DNA of 64,000 bases, taken from assembly GCF_018977255.1 (NCBI RefSeq), contig NW_024704742.1, forward strand, positions 11,472,001 through 11,536,000, given 5' to 3'. The notes beneath the pieces are model-generated. The model saw only the letters and a list, made by a program, of their open reading frames with translations. It did not search any database and had not been told where the DNA came from. Below are positions 14,225-29,106 of this stretch, piece by piece (position 1 is the first letter of the stretch; each line of letters begins with the position of its first letter). Source of the stretch: Callorhinchus milii. Taxonomy: Eukaryota. The position numbers were made by a program, and so were the translations under genes.

Positions 14225-15074
14225 GGTGCACTGGGTGCATTTGGAGTGTAAATCCAAGTTCATTTCTCCACTTTTCCCTCCACTTTCTCCATCCCCCACA
14301 ACATCCCTAACCCAGGAGCACCAAGGCCGGTTCTAATAATAATAATAATCCTTTTGATTATAATTTGATATAGCTCCTTTCATATCCGGAGGATTTCCCA
14401 AGGCCCTTCACAGGATATATTGTAACGTGCCTTTGTGTTGTGGGTGAACGTGGCAGCCAATTTGAGCACTTGTATGATTTTTTATAACACTGACTGGATA
14501 TGGTTTAATTGCCACCCGTTTTCCAATCCACGCACTCTTAATGAGGGAAGGACATGCTGCTTTTCCGCATAATCTTGAACCCGTAGTGGTGATGTTACAA
14601 TCCAGTTCATGGGAACAAAATACAAATTTGAAAGAGGAGGCAGCTGTCAATGTTCTAACAAGAAGTGAAGCATAAAGTGGAGCATGCAGAGATTTTCATC
14701 AGGGCAGCCTGACTTTAATATTCATCAGGGCCACCATAAATCACACAATTTAATTGCTGTACTGCAAGCTTCAGAACAGATTTTGTCACCCTTTTAATGG
14801 AAAAATGTGATAAATAGAGGATAATATAAAGTCAGCAGCGGAATCTTCTACAGGCTCAAAGCAGTCTGCCTCAAAGGAAAACAAAATGCCTATTATGTTG
14901 TCTCGCTGTGTATTGTTCTTGTGCATGTCTCTGTGACGCTGCTTTTTTTCCTCCTGCTACAGATTAGAACTTTTTTTCCCTTGGGCCTTCCTCTCTCCCC
15001 TCCTCCTCCCCTTTGCTGAAGGTGCTGACTGTTGTTGGGACCCAGTTCCACATTGTTGGGCATCCTGTAATGCT

Positions 15075-15335
15075 ATGGAGTCCTGTAGCACTGGTTAGAG
15101 CACCCATTTGTTAGTTGATTGGCAGATCACTTTTCCGGGGGTAATAATTCCTTAAAAAAAAAATTTGTCGCTTCAATCCAAGACTATTTGTGGGACACTG
15201 CTGTGCACAATTGGCTGCCACGTTTCACCCACAAAATATACAGTCAATTCACATTACAGTATATTCTGTGAAGCGCTTTGAGATGTCTAGAAGACGTGAT
15301 ATGGCACTTTATCAAATGCAAGGATTATTTATTAT
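15075..15335 (+). mobile_element. SINE with internal deletion after the A-box
   Basis: tggagtcctgtagcactggttagagcac joined directly to ttgttagttgattggc, then normal 3' half. Confidence 0.85.
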
Positions 15336-17402
15336 AGTTACCCAAAACCCATTTCTTTAGCGGAGTGACAGTGAAACTAATTGTAGCAACCTTTCTACCA
15401 GAGGTCAGATAACTTGAATCTCATGTGGGGATTTAGCCTAGAGTCGCTTTTGATCCAAATTTCAAAACGGGTGAGTTTGATAACTAACAAAATGTTATCT
15501 ATCAGTAAGATGGTTGTATTTCCATTTCGAATACCTCTGATTAATACTTAGGCAGCAGGAGACAAACTGTACAACCATATTATGTGTAATTAAGCATATT
15601 TTATCAGAGTAATGTGTTTTTATAATTTTCACTCAAATTTAACCTTCGCCAAGTCCATTCCCAGTATATTTTATCTGTAAAAAAAGGTGAACTTGCTATT
15701 TAATTGGAATAATTATTGCTGTGACACTTTGCTCTGTTAATTAAATATTGTAAGGATTGATGAAGATTTTTTTTTAAATCGAATCCATTTACTATTTTAA
15801 ACATGTGAATGTGACATGAATTGTCCTGCAAGCACCTGGTGTAGGCTTGTTTTCTTGACGGCAGTTTTGACAAACATCACAAAATTATATTGAGCTACAG
15901 CTAAAGTCAGCAAGCGAGCACTATAGGGATGGATTTATTACACCTGCAGTGCTGTGGATTTAGTATTTAACTTACTTTAGAACAGGGAGGATACAAAAAA
16001 AAAGAGCTTTGAGCATGCCTGTGAAGAAATTAAGTTCATCTCGTCTTCACTCAAAGACCATTAGGCAAGTATAATGGGCCTCCAGAGTAGCAGGAGTATT
16101 GATGTGACTGACATACATTTGCTGTGTGATTTTCAATATTCAGAGGCACTTACTATTTCTTCAGTTCAATATAAATGGGCTTTCTGCACTGAATAACTGC
16201 CTGCTGTATTTAAACCAGATGGCAGTCTATTCCTTTCCATCTACACAGAGAAGAGACATTGTGGCAGACTTTTGCAGAGATAAGTACAATGACTTATTTT
16301 ATTTTATTTGTTTAAATTAGCGCTTTCCCCCCCATTGTTTTGGTCAGCCGGGTGTCTGACACATGCAGAAATCCTTCACCATGTTTAAGAGCATCCAAAC
16401 CAAGTTGTAATGTCCATGCATCCCACCGTACATGTTTCCCAGAGATAGATTGTTGGAATGAAATGTGCACTCTTTCCCTGGAGTGACACATCCTGCTTAC
16501 CTAATTCTGGAAAATAGGATAAGAGCAGACTTTTGTGTAGGGAAGTGTGATCATTTGATTTGTTTTCTTTGTTTATATTAGATCTTTTTCCCTCTAAATT
16601 TGAATTTAGCTGGGTAGGGCTGATTTAGCCTTTCGGATATGGTGGTGGTGAGCGGGGCTAAGGGATGTAGAATGGTCAAAACAGTTAATAACAGGCCTGG
16701 GTGTGAATGTGCCCTCCCCTAACCCCTACCCACTCTGATAATCTCCCCTACCCCCCTACCCACTCTGAAAGGTGCTGTACAAATGTATTTTTTGTTGTTT
16801 GTTGTCTAGCACATGGAGCTCAGGGATTGGACTATCGGTTGGCAGGATACCAGCTTAATTTGGCAAGGCAAATCAGACTGCTTTCATCAAGAACGTGAAA
16901 ATTATCACCTGTGATTATTAACACATCACATGTCGCAATTTTCACCCCGAGGTTTCTTTCAACTTCTTTCAAACAAACACAATATTGTTTTTTCTCTGAC
17001 ACAAAATCACTGCTCTGGATGGGAATACAGGAAATCAATGCAGATTTCTTTTAGTTCAGGTGTACGATGCTCATTGATAACTCAGATGCCTTGGTCATTT
17101 CCTTTACATGAGGAGCAAATTGTGCAGTATGTGCATGCTTACATTGACTGCCCAATGAGTGGGTGGCAGAAATAAAGCCCAATGTAGAACTAAGCAATAG
17201 AGATCAGAAAGTCGCAGAGGATCTCAGTCCGAGCATCATTTGATACACTAAATGAGCTCAGTGGTGTACGTCAGGCAGGTAGAGTCTGACTGGGTTCCCA
17301 TTCCTCCTGCTGCAGCCCGTGCACATGTGAATGCCAGATGAAGACAAGAGAAACTCTTTCTGCTGGCAGGGGATTTGAGGTTAAGTGGGCATGAGTTTAA
17401 GA

Positions 17403-17720
17403 TACAGTACAATACAAATTTACATTTGTATTGTGTATTTCATGTTAAGAGGGCATTCCAAAACACCTGACAATACTGGCTGAGAACCCAAGCTGGTAGA
17501 GGGAGCACGGAGGGAGGAGGGCAAAGTTGACCCAAAGGATAAAGAGCGTGTGTGTGTGCTTGTGTGTGTATTTGTGTGTGTAGGTCTTGAGATGGACCTT
17601 GAATGAGGTGAGAGAGGGAGAGAATTGGAGAGATTTTAGGATGGGAGTTCCAGAGAGTGGGGGCAGAAAGGCTGAAAGCTTGCCTGCTGATGGTGGGGCA
17701 GCTGGGGTGGGGTCCACGAA
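17403..17720 (-). mobile_element. L2 3' fragment inserted in an old CR1 relic
   Basis: AFSLSAPTLWNS and L2 tail; CR1-like sequence on both flanks. Confidence 0.7.
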
Positions 17721-17960
17721 ACAAGAAATGACTTGTTATTACTAGGGGAATAAAAGGAGAGGCTTGGAAGAATTCTCCCAGGGGACAGAATGCCTGGCCA
17801 GAGTGGCTGTTATCACCGAGTCAATTATGAGCATTTTTTTTGCACAAAAACGAAAATAACTTGAGGAAAGCATGGGTATTAGAGGGTATGGGGAAATAGC
17901 AAGGAGTATGAATTTAGGATAGCTGGCTTCCTGAGGAGCAAACACCAGAATATAGAGAAT

Positions 17961-18321
17961 ATGGAATCCTGTAGATTAGTGGTTGGAGCACTAGCGAGAG
18001 ACCTGGGTTCGATTTCCAGCAGGGTGAAACGTTGGGCAAGTTTCCTTACTCCACACGGCTCTGTTTACCTAGCATAAGTAGGAACCCGGTTGTTAATCGA
18101 TTCGCAGATTGCTTTTCCGGAGGTAATAATTTGTTCCACAAAATAATAAATTGGTCACTCAATCCACGACTGTTTGTGGGACACTCCTGTGCATAATTGG
18201 TTGCCGCGTTTCGCCCACACAAAATAGAGTCAACTCACTTTACAGTATATTCTGTCAAGCACTTTGAGACGTCTTGAAGACGTGATACGGCACTATATCA
18301 AATGCAAGGATTATTATTATT
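17961..18321 (+). mobile_element. tRNA-derived SINE, long subfamily
   Basis: Head with B-box ggttcgatttcc, body tacctagc..aggaacccggttgtta, tail atatcaaatgcaaggattattattat. Confidence 0.9.
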
Positions 18322-20789
18322 AACTCGAATGGCCTCCGACTTTATCGTATATTTGTATTGATCAGCTCATCTCTGCGTGTGACTATAATTGGTCAGCCAT
18401 GCTCAAAGGATTTTGACTTCAAATTAAGTGAAAAATTGCACTTGGGCCCATTTGCGTGGACTCTCCGAACATACACAGCATGTTAATAAAATTTAAAAAA
18501 TTTTGAGTCCTCATTTCCCTCCTACCCTCTCCCCTCCTCTCCCTACACTTACTCCCATGGCAACGGAAGTGGAGGCATTGATAATTAAAATTATTACAGT
18601 TGTTAATGAATTTTATTCATTAGGTGAACAAGACGCAGAAACTGAAATCGTGATTTTGCACATTCTTTCCCCCCCAGTCTGGTCTCGCATTTGGCAGTAG
18701 GGAGGCCACTGAAGTTAGCAATGGAGTTTGCTTGCCTGCAATCTCATGCTGTTGTGTACTGCTGGTTGCTGGCACTCGACTCAACTTTGGTTGACTATGG
18801 GTTAGTTCTGTGGTCCCGTGAGGACTCATTCTGGCATCTCTTAGCTGACTGAAATGCATCCAACTTGTAACTTTGGAGAGTAGGGGATTTAGTTAGATTT
18901 ACAATTTTCATATTCAGATGTGACCAACTTGGCCCCACGTTGCACATTAATGCCCCGGAGAACTGTAACTTGGCCTCATTACTTGTTGAAGGAGCTAATA
19001 ATGTGAGAGTAGTTGGAGGTGTGAGAGGCTGCTGGCTGCTTGTAAATGTCCTCGTGTATTAAAACAATATGTGTCCGTAATAATGCGTTGCAGATTTAAA
19101 TTGGATTCTGGATCCTCTGCAGTACCTAATTGGTTTTCAGTTGAGCGACATGAGTGAAGGTCCATTGTGCCAGTACTAAGATAAAAAGAACAGGAGAAGG
19201 TGAGGCATGTCACAGATTAGTGGTCAGTCGATGCCAACCATATTCTTTGAAAAGCTTGTGTGGTGTAGAAGGAAGATAGACAGAGAGGAAAGGCATGTGG
19301 GGACCTTAGAAAGGATGCATTTGCTGTGAGCAAATTGGCTGCCCATTTGTCCACAAAACACGCAGTTACTTCACAGTATATCCTGTGAAGTACTTTGGGT
19401 ACATCCTTCTGAAGTGATACTGTATGGAATGATAATTCTTACAAGGCAGTAATCGAGAGTTAAACCGTAAGAATACATTGAAACCAAACCATAATGATCA
19501 GAATCTGCCAACAGTATCAGAGCAGCATCAGGGTGTGCTCTGTTCAATGACGTTTTGCACAGGGAATACATTCAGGAGGAAAGGCTGCCAGTGTAGTATG
19601 TACATTGCTCTGGTCAGACCCACACAGTTACTCTACATCCGCTCTTCTGCTGGGCTGCCTTTTGTTTGAGGATAAGTAGTGATTACATTCTGTGCTTCCA
19701 CATGTCCCCTTCAATTCATTGCTTCCCATTCTGTCAATTTTTTTTTACCATTGCGGTAATCTGCTCGGATGACAAATGACAGATGAGAGAGCTCAGATGG
19801 TAAAACCAAATTGAAAAATTACAAGGAAATCTCAGCTCGGAATGAACCTCATTGAATATTAAAACCGTAATAGTTTGACATTTGACAGAAGCAGCTGATA
19901 AAATTAGTACACGGTTTTAATATTTTTATTGCCTTCCCCAGTGAGCTTACATTGAATGCAATTTCCAGCGTTTCCATTCTTTTTTGTCACACAATAAAAT
20001 AAATTAAAATAATGGATATTTTAAAACTTTAGTCTGTATTTCTGAGACCTGCTGAAAGGGTGTCCTCTTTGGTGGTGATTAGATAAGGATATTGTTCTGT
20101 TGGGATAGGTGATGACTGCTGTGTGATTAGAGAGTTCACTGTAAGATGTGTGGTTTACCCTGAAGCCTCACTTATAATTTTCAACAGATATTTATGTGTA
20201 CAAATGGTCTACTTGGGAGAGCTTCTGTGGTGAGGTGCCTTTTTCAGAGAGAGCTTGTGTTGCAATAACTCAACCTGCCAAATGTGCTTAAATAGCGTTC
20301 CTTGAGGAGGGAACGGTGTGCGGCTGGCGGGGGGTGGGGGGGAGGGATGGGGGGGAGAGAGAAAAAACTGCTGGAAAAGTTGATTGAAGTTCTTTAACGC
20401 CTCAATTTGACAAGCCTTTGCATAGAATGGAGCAATTCGAAGCTGAGAACCACAGTTATCTTTTTGAAATCACATATTCCCCAGGGCTGCAAAAACGTGG
20501 AGCTCAAACCTCTATAACAAACGCCTGTTAATTTAATTTTTGACAGGTTATTAGAACCGAAAGGAAAACTCCAATCACATTACAAACCTCCAATGGAGCT
20601 GCCAGGAATAATGATAATTTATTTTGAAAAATCAAATTTTTTCTCCATTTTACTTTTTGAAATGGTTGTGATTCCTTCAATGGATGTAAACCACACATCT
20701 TACACTGAGTGCCCAAGTGGACATTATTCTTGTCTGTGTCAAAACTGAGTAAGAAAACAATAGCTTCACAGGCAACTAATACTAACAAT

Positions 20790-21013
20790 TGGAACTCAGT
20801 TGTTAGTCGATTAGCAGATCACTTTCCATGGGTAATAATCTTTTAAACAAAAGTCACTTAATCTACAAGTGTTTGTGGGACACTGCTGTGCACTGCTGAG
20901 TTTCACCCATAAATATATAGTCAATTCACTTTACAGTATATTCTGTGAAGCACTTTGAGACGTCTCAGACGTGAAAAGCACTATATCAAATGCAAGGATT
21001 ATTATATTATTAT
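20790..21013 (+). mobile_element. SINE body and tail
   Basis: ggaactcagttgttagtcgatt ... aaatgcaaggattattat. Confidence 0.85.
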
Positions 21014-24000
21014 CATTGGTTGGCGTCTTACGTAGGTACATTGTAATGTACAACCATAGAAAAAGACCATTACAGTCCATCTGGACAGTTAAAAAAAATG
21101 ACATTGCTCTGTGGGGTCTAATACATCCATAATTAAAGAAATCAAGCGGAGATTCTCACTTGAAATATTTGACATGTCCCGTTGTCCCACTGGAGCTCTG
21201 CTTCAAATGTAGATTGTGTTGGAATGAAGGTTCCAGCTGGTGAATGGGATGCACTTTCAGTTTCCTCATGAAGGAATCCTGTTGGACATCGCCACGTTTC
21301 ATCCCCTAATATGTCTCAGAACTCTTTATAACCTGCTTGTCTTTTTGGGAAGTTTCTGTCCAGGAAATAGAACCAATTTAAGCTTAACTTTTTTCCTTTT
21401 TTTGTTGCGTTGGCAGCAGGAGAATTGGAGTTATGCCACAGGATTACATTTTTAAACTGCTTTGTGGAAGTGATCTCAGGAGTGGGATGTGAAATCAAGT
21501 GCATGTCAATTAAAGCAGGAATTGTACCTTAATTTTAGCGTTGAGTTCAAGGAAACTGTAGTACAACTAGGGTTTCGGAGTCTGTTTTATAAAGGTGTGT
21601 TTCTTCAGTGGTGTCCCAAATTGCCATTTGGTTTGTCTCCTCTTCCTCTCCTACTCTTTCAGTTCTTGGTGGTGGTGTATGGTACATGTCCTTAACCCTC
21701 ATCGCAAATTTAACGTATTGATTTGGTGAAACTAAATATTGCCCTTTTTATTTCAGTTGCAAAAAACACAATGTTTTCTAGTGGTCACGTGACAGTGCCT
21801 CAGTTTCATTCTTGAGCAACTAACGCCTGAAAAAATAATGCCTACAATTTACAGAGAATGGCAGTTTTAAAAAGTGAGTTTCATCACCAGCAGTTCAAGT
21901 TAAAAGTTCCAGCTGTTAAAACATTTATTATTGACTTTAATATCCATTTAATTCAATTTTTACACAAAAAAAATATTTATGGTGTCGAGGGAGCAGTCTG
22001 GAGGAAGCACTGAGCACTGACTCGGTCAAGTACCTGAATTAACAGGCTCCAAGTTCAAATTGCTCGATCTCTGAAACAGCTTGGCTTAATTACAGTATCA
22101 AGCGAAGTGTTTCAAACTGTCTGGCTCTGTAACTTTCCCCTCCTCACCGACTGACTTACACCATCTTCTCCACCTCACTGTTTAAACAAGAAATGTTCCA
22201 ATCATCATCAAGATTAAAAGAACATTTTATTTCATGTATTTTCAAATGTTCTCCCCTCCTCCAAACGCCAACAGGATCAAATGTTTTTGTTGTCAGAGCT
22301 CTCTGGTGTCTGCATGAACTTGCCCAGGTCATTGTGCCTTATTCCAACTTAAGGTGAACAGCCCTAACTACAGCAGGGTGAGGTTTTCCAATTTCACACC
22401 AGATGATCTTCCAGAGAGAGTTTTCAATGCCACCAACAACTTGTATTTCTATACAGCCCTTCAGAAAGCTCTGCACAGTGACAGGGCTCCACACCAAGCA
22501 AAAAGGGGAGAGGGAGGTGAGCATAGGTGAGGTTGAAGTGGTAGGTTTTAGGGTGGGATTTAAAGAGAGATAAAGAGGGCATTTGGTGAAACAGGATTGT
22601 CCTGTGCTGAATTGCCTCTTTCTCTTATTAACAATATCAAAGCTGAGTGGACGTGGCTTTCGTTTCGACAATGTTGGGCTGAGGGAAGTTACAGCTCATC
22701 CTGGACTTACTGACTGAAAGGCAGGTGGTCAGACATCAGTGGATCTGAAAATAGTGGGTGCAATCACAGAGGTAGATTTTGGTATCCTTAGTATACACAT
22801 GGAGATTTATCTCATATCATCAGATGATGACATCAAAGTGGAGCAGGTTGATGAGTAAAAGGAGATCGAGGATAGAAGGCCACAGGTGGCTGTACGGAGT
22901 GAGAGGAGAAACTATTGGAGAAAACAGAGGTGAAGTAATGTAACAGGTAGGATTGGAACCAAGAGACTGTGGTCCCATGAAGGCGTATGAGAGAGAAGCA
23001 ATCAACGAGGATGAAGTGGTCAACAATGTCAAAGGTAACAGAGAGACTGAGCAGGTGCAGGGAGCTCTAGTCAGGCTGAAAGTACATTATTTGTAATTTG
23101 AACCAGGGCTATTTTGATCCTCTGGGCAGAAATTAAGCTGGACTGGAGGAGTTGTAGCAGTCAGTGAAGGGGGGAGAAGTGTGTGAAGTTGGGCAGCAAC
23201 AATGTATTCCAAGACTTTAAATAGGAAGGGCAGATTGAAGATGAGCTAGAAGAAAGCAGTTGTGTGTGTGTTTTTAATAAAAAACAATGTGTGGAACTAT
23301 TTTTCACTGTCCTCTCCTGAAGTCATTTTGATATTGTTTTCCTTCTACTGGGATATATTCCATAGGTACTGGTCAGATTCCTTGCAGAAGTGGCCATTAT
23401 TCATGTGAGAGCTAACTTTTTCCCCATGACTCATGGGGCTTGTATGACTGTGAATATGTCTGTTTTTAATACTAAATGGGGATAGAACAAGATGCAGATG
23501 ACAAAGATGTTTGCCTACAAAATATACCATCATTACACTTTCAACGTAAGGCCTCTGAAGCACTTCTGGTGTGAAAGGTGCTTTATCAAATGCAGATTAT
23601 TATTATGATTAATAACCTTGCCTTTTTTTAAAATAAAATGTCTTATTTACAGAATCAAGTCACTCTCGGGCTGGAGTCTAACCTGTACAGTTCTTCACTT
23701 TTAAAATGTTGGTTGTTAATCTTGGGTTTGCTCCAACTGGACGTGAGCTGTGAAGCAACAGGAATGTTTGGTAAAGCAAAATACAAGCTTGAGATCATTT
23801 TTTTGGGTGAAGCTGCAGTGCTTTCGGTATCACAAATTGATTTTCAAAGGGGGCAGTTTCAATCATTTCCTGGGACAGATAGCCTATTCTGCAAAACTCA
23901 GTTACCACATTACAATGATGGGCATTGGATAATGTTTCATAACAGAATTTTTGCTTTGCAGTTTTTAATTGAAACAGTCCAAATCGCGTCAAATTATTGT

Positions 24001-24769
24001 GCTCCAAACACCAACATTGTGAAGCATTCGGTGATGTTACATCCTGTGTGAAAGGAGCCATACAGGTTAATGTGGTCCATGCCAGGCAAAACCAAAACGT
24101 GTTCAGCTCCACACAGTTGCACACAGTATGGTTAAAATGCTGAGGACTGAAGAAACTTGGCTGGAGGATACAGAATTAATTCACTTCTTCATGATGAAAC
24201 TGGATCCTCGCCTTTGGTAACTGTCTCTTAATGCAAATCTTGATCAGGGAAGGGGGAGCAGATTGCAACATTCAGACCTGGGAATTATTGTCATTCCAGA
24301 TGAATTAACTGATGGCTTCCGATCAGATCATTATTAATCTCTCAGTAAAATTACAGAGGGAAAAAAAGTCTACCTTTAGGCAACTGCTAATGAATCTGGT
24401 GTTAATTTATGAGTGAAAATGAATATCCTCATTATGTCTGACAATCCACAGCCCCAGGTAAACCCAAAACATCTTCTTTGTGACCTCAATAAATTCTTGT
24501 CGTACTACTCGATGTTCTGCTGATGAAAGAGGGAAAAGGCAAAGGTTAGCTGGTACTACAAGTGCATAGGGATACCTTAGAGAATGCTCCAGATTGTCTG
24601 CAGCCAAATGAGTTATAACTCAACTAATTAAATGCAGACACACCTCATTGGTAAATGCTCAAGGATGTCAGTCATTCAGCAGAGGAGTGTCCTTCCTTTA
24701 GTTTCCTGTGTGGTTTGTCCTCCCTCCCTGCATGGGGTGGTATGACAATTGTAACCAATTATGACCGCC

Positions 24770-25160
24770 TTCAAGGCCCTCCACCAACTTGCCCCTCCCC
24801 ACCTGTGCGACCTGCTGACTCCATATCAACTTGTCTGCTCGCTCTGCTCAGCAGGCTCTGGCCTGCTCTACATCCCCCGCCTGGCCCGCCCCACCATTGG
24901 TGGTTGGGCCTTCAGCCTTTCTGCCCCCACCCTATGGAACTCCATGCCACATTCCCTTCGCCTCGCTCCCTCCTTTGCTTCCATCAAGGCACATCTCAAA
25001 ACCCTCCTCTTCGACTGAGCCTTCAGTCACTCTCCCTGCCCTCCACCCTCCCTGATCCCTACTCCAGCTTGGGTCCAAAAAGGTCATATCCCTGACTGTC
25101 CAACGCCTGGGATGTCCTCCCAATGTGAAAGGTGCTATACAAATGTAATATTTTATTGTA
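24770..25160 (+). mobile_element. L2 3' fragment
   Basis: FKALH..GSGLL..PTIGG.AFSLSAPTLWNS; tail gtgaaaggtgctatacaaatgtaa. Confidence 0.85.
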
Positions 25161-27244
25161 ATTAAGGTGTGTGTGTGGGGGGGGGGGTTAAGTCTGGAAT
25201 GATTGACTTGATAAGATGGTTGCAATTGAAATTAATTCAATGCAATTGAAGAGATAGAATCCATAGAACCTCCAACATAGAACCATAGAAACTCTGTGGT
25301 TTCCATCAGTCAATGTGCGTGTGATGCATTAGATAGGTTTTATAATAATACAATTAACTTTATGTTTAATATAGCGACTTACCACATTGGCGAGATGTCT
25401 CAAATTGCTTCACAGGATATACTGTAAAATGGAGTATCTGTGTGAATTTTGTGGGCAAAACGCGGCAGCCAATTTGTATACAGCAATGTCTCAGAAACAG
25501 CCTTGGAGTGAATGACCATTTTTTTTAATATATGGAAGATTGTTGGCCAGGACACCGGGATTAACTCCCTTTGGTGTTTTACAGATTAGCAATGTTTCAG
25601 AGGGTTAGAATCACAGATAGTATTCAGTCACGGTGAAAAAATGATCTTAGAAGTTAAGGTATTAAATTTGATGCTTTGTATAAAGATTGGCTGATCGTCT
25701 CCCATGGTAATATTGATGGATGGTGGGAGGTCAAATGCCTTTCCATGATTTCGGTACGGAATTCCCTTGGCATATCAAGTGCTGAAGTGTCTTTGTTCTG
25801 TCCCTCACCCAATTTTCTCCCTCCCCCATAATTAGCCATAAAGGACCTTAGATAAGAAAGCAGCAAAGAGCTGCGTTTAGTAGAGAGTTGAAGGGCTGCC
25901 TTGGTATTGTTTGGTTAACAGGACAAGAAGTGTGTGGGGACGACCACGCGATATAATGAATGCATTTCAAACTCTTGTATCCTTTCTCACTTCAGATTTT
26001 ATGCTCTTAGCTACGAACCCAGAAAAGAGTCCCTCCTAGCCTGTGTAGTGTGTGAAAGTAACAATTTGTTAGATGGCTTGCGAAAAGAATAACAGTGCTG
26101 CAATTCCCCCAACTTTCAGTACAATGTGTCAAACGAAGCCATATGCAGCCATGCAACAAGTATGTGGCAAGATATGTAATATATTATGGACAGGCAGCAC
26201 TGTTCCTCCTTGTGCTACCATGCATCATCTTCACTGAAATATAATAAATGGCTATTCCTCCCCTGCCTCAAGTCAAGTTTGGAGAATGTGTGAGAATGTG
26301 AAGTTAAATCAAGCACAGCCATGTGTAAACTCCGATCAAGATGTTCTGGTTGTGAACTTTTTTGTGTTGCTTTCAGAAAAAGTTGGGAGACATTACAAAA
26401 TATACACTGAGTGTACATCTGCACTGTCTAGCGAAAGATATGTGGCCTGGGCCATAAACGTAAGATAAGCATTACATTTATCTATATGTGCTGAAAAAAT
26501 ACTTCCTTTTATGGCCTCATAATCTCAGTGCCAATTCTGGCTCTTTGTTTGTGTAGAATGAATGCTTTACAAGATAATAGCTCTCAGTGTTTTTCAGAGG
26601 GAGGGGAGCAAAGACCAGAGTTGTGCTCTGAATCAGTGCAAATATATATATATGTGGTCTCAGGTTTGAATTAAAACACAGTAAAACCAATTGATATGTT
26701 ACTTTTGTGTCCTGAACTGCTGGGCAGGGGGAAGAAGTTTACATGTGTCCACACATGGCATTTACCTATGTCTGACTGAAGGATGCATTTTAAATCTGAA
26801 TATAGATTTGGGAAAATGTCCTTTTTGATTTGGAGATTTCCTTGATCTTCTTTATTCTCCTCTCCAGGCAGCCTCTTACTCTCACTGTAATGCATGTTTT
26901 TAATTAAAAAGGGAAGCTGGTGGTGCTCTAGCGTGTTACCATGATTATATTTGCATACAGAACAGCTAAGCCAAGGAAACAGAAGATGTATTGCATCCCT
27001 ATCTGATCAGCGGTGCCTTCAAGGCTCCCAACCCAGACCTTTCAGACTGTGTGAGCTTTTCATCCCCTCTCTAAGGTTGCAACTTGTGGGAAGAGACAGA
27101 GATCAAGACTAGATCTGATACTCTTTACCAGGGTAGTGGATGTTCACAAATCATTCCAGGAGGGGATAAAAAGACTAAATCCTCACATTAACATCAAGAG
27201 GAATTACCACCTCCTGGGCACTACAAGTTTATGTTAAATCCTAC

Positions 27245-27452
27245 TCATTGCTTTTCCAGGGATAATAATCCCTTCAAAAAAAAATTGGTTACTCAATCCA
27301 GTTGTTTGTGGTAAACTGCTGTGCACAATTGGCTGACATGTTTCGCCCACAAAATATACAGTCAGTTCACTTTAGAGTATATTCTGTGAAGTATTTTGAG
27401 ACGTCTCGAAGAAATGATAAGATACTATATCAAATGCAAAGATTATTATTAT
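27245..27452 (+). mobile_element. SINE 3' part
   Basis: ttgcttttccagggataataatccc ... aaatgcaaagattattatt. Confidence 0.85.
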
Positions 27453-27950
27453 CTTACATATCTTACTCATACTTCAGACCCCTCTCCCACCCACCCCTTG
27501 CTCCAGTCACCTTCAGGTGATGTTTCCAATGTCCAAATTATTTTTTTGTTGTGGCTTCTCATTCCTGCTTTTCAGAGGCAGTTACTTTTTTCCACAACAG
27601 GCTTCTTGTCTATTGGGACCTCAGTCGAGATTGTGCACAGTTCTCACACCAATGACCTCACAGCTGTCAGAGCAGAGACTTTCATCATTCTCTTCAGCTT
27701 CCAATCTGTAGTCCCAGAGGTGAAAGGATTAATACTCTGATCACTGCCTCCATTCCTGTGGCAACCCTTTTTCCACTTATCAACACTGATTTCTGCTAGC
27801 CCCAAAATGCCCTTTTCTTTAATATTTTAGTTGTGGAATGAACTTCTTGCAGCAGGCTGTTACTTAATTTTTCTTTCATTTGCAGCTTTTAGGTGGCATG
27901 CATGGTTTTGAATTGTTAGAGAAACACTGTTGGAATCCTGTCATGAGTCA

Positions 27951-28330
27951 TGTAGAATCCTGCAGTTCAGTGGTTAGAGCACTTGCCTTCGCAAGCGAGA
28001 GACCTGGTTTCGATTCCCGGCAGGGCGAAACATTGGCCAAGTTTCCTTACTCCACATGCCTCTGTTTACCTAGCAGTAAGTAGGAGCCCGGTTGTTAGTC
28101 AATTGGTGGATTGCATTTCCGGGGGTAATAGTTCTTTCAAAAAAAATTAATAATAATAATTTGGGTCACTCAATCCATGACTGTTTGTGGGACACTGCTG
28201 TGCGCAATTGGCTGCCGCATTTCGCCCACAAAATATCTACTCAATTCACTTTACAGTGTATTCTGTGAAGCGCTTTGAGACGTGTCAAAGATGTGATAAG
28301 GCGCTACATCAAATGCTAGTATTATTATTG
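27951..28330 (+). mobile_element. tRNA-derived SINE, long subfamily, full length
   Basis: A-box cagttcagtgg, B-box gtttcgattcc, conserved body and (ATT)n tail. Confidence 0.92.
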
Positions 28331-28849
28331 TGAGCTCTCCCCCTTGATGTCTTGATGTCTCTGTTATGAGTATTGTACAGTTACTGGGCTGGGCTGCATT
28401 GTTCACTGAACACTATGAATGGAGGTATTACTCTGGTTTCCTTGTTGGTAATTAAAAAATATTGTTTTCGTAAATTTAGATGAGGACAAGTTTGACAGAA
28501 TTTTTAAATTATAAGCCAAAAATCAATTCTATTATTGCTGTATTGATCATTTACCAAACCAGTTTGTCTCCAATTCCACATTTTGATGTTCAACCTCAAG
28601 TAATAAGATTAGTTGCACGAAACTGAACTTGACTAGAAATGTATTTGCAGCATTTTACTACATGGTACTCTGTCAGTATTTGATGCAATTTGAGATCTGG
28701 TCCTCTGACATTAAGCTTTCCCATGTTTTGCTGAAGATATAATGGAACCTAATTTACGAGATTCATAAAAGGATGTGTAACTCATAAATCTCTTTTTGTG
28801 TCACAGCCCCATTTCTCTGGCAATGCATTATTAATACATTCCTGTTCAT

Positions 28850-29104
28850 CCCTCGTGCCCTCCGCTCCATCTGTGCCTCAAGCCACTACGCCCAGAAACT
28901 CTGGAACTTTCCCTCAATCCCTCCGCCTTGCCCCCCCCATCCCCACTTTCAAATGCTCCCCTAAAAACCTTACTTTGTGATTGTGGTCACCTCCCCCCTC
29001 CTTTCTCCCCCTGGCTCGGGGTCAGACACCGCCACTGTAAAACACTCCAGGACGCTGCCCTGTGTGAAGTGCACTATATAAATGCAAGTTGTTGTTGTTG
29101 TTGT
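28850..29104 (+). mobile_element. L2 3' end
   Basis: aaactctggaac ... gcactatataaatgcaagttgttgttgttg. Confidence 0.75.
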
Positions 29105-29106
29105 AA

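Noticed and set aside
20320..20362. G-rich tract with quadruplex potential
   Set aside because: Simple low-complexity run with no other support.
23638..24051. 137-aa ORF in non-repeat DNA
   Set aside because: No recognisable domain or splice context; a length expected by chance.
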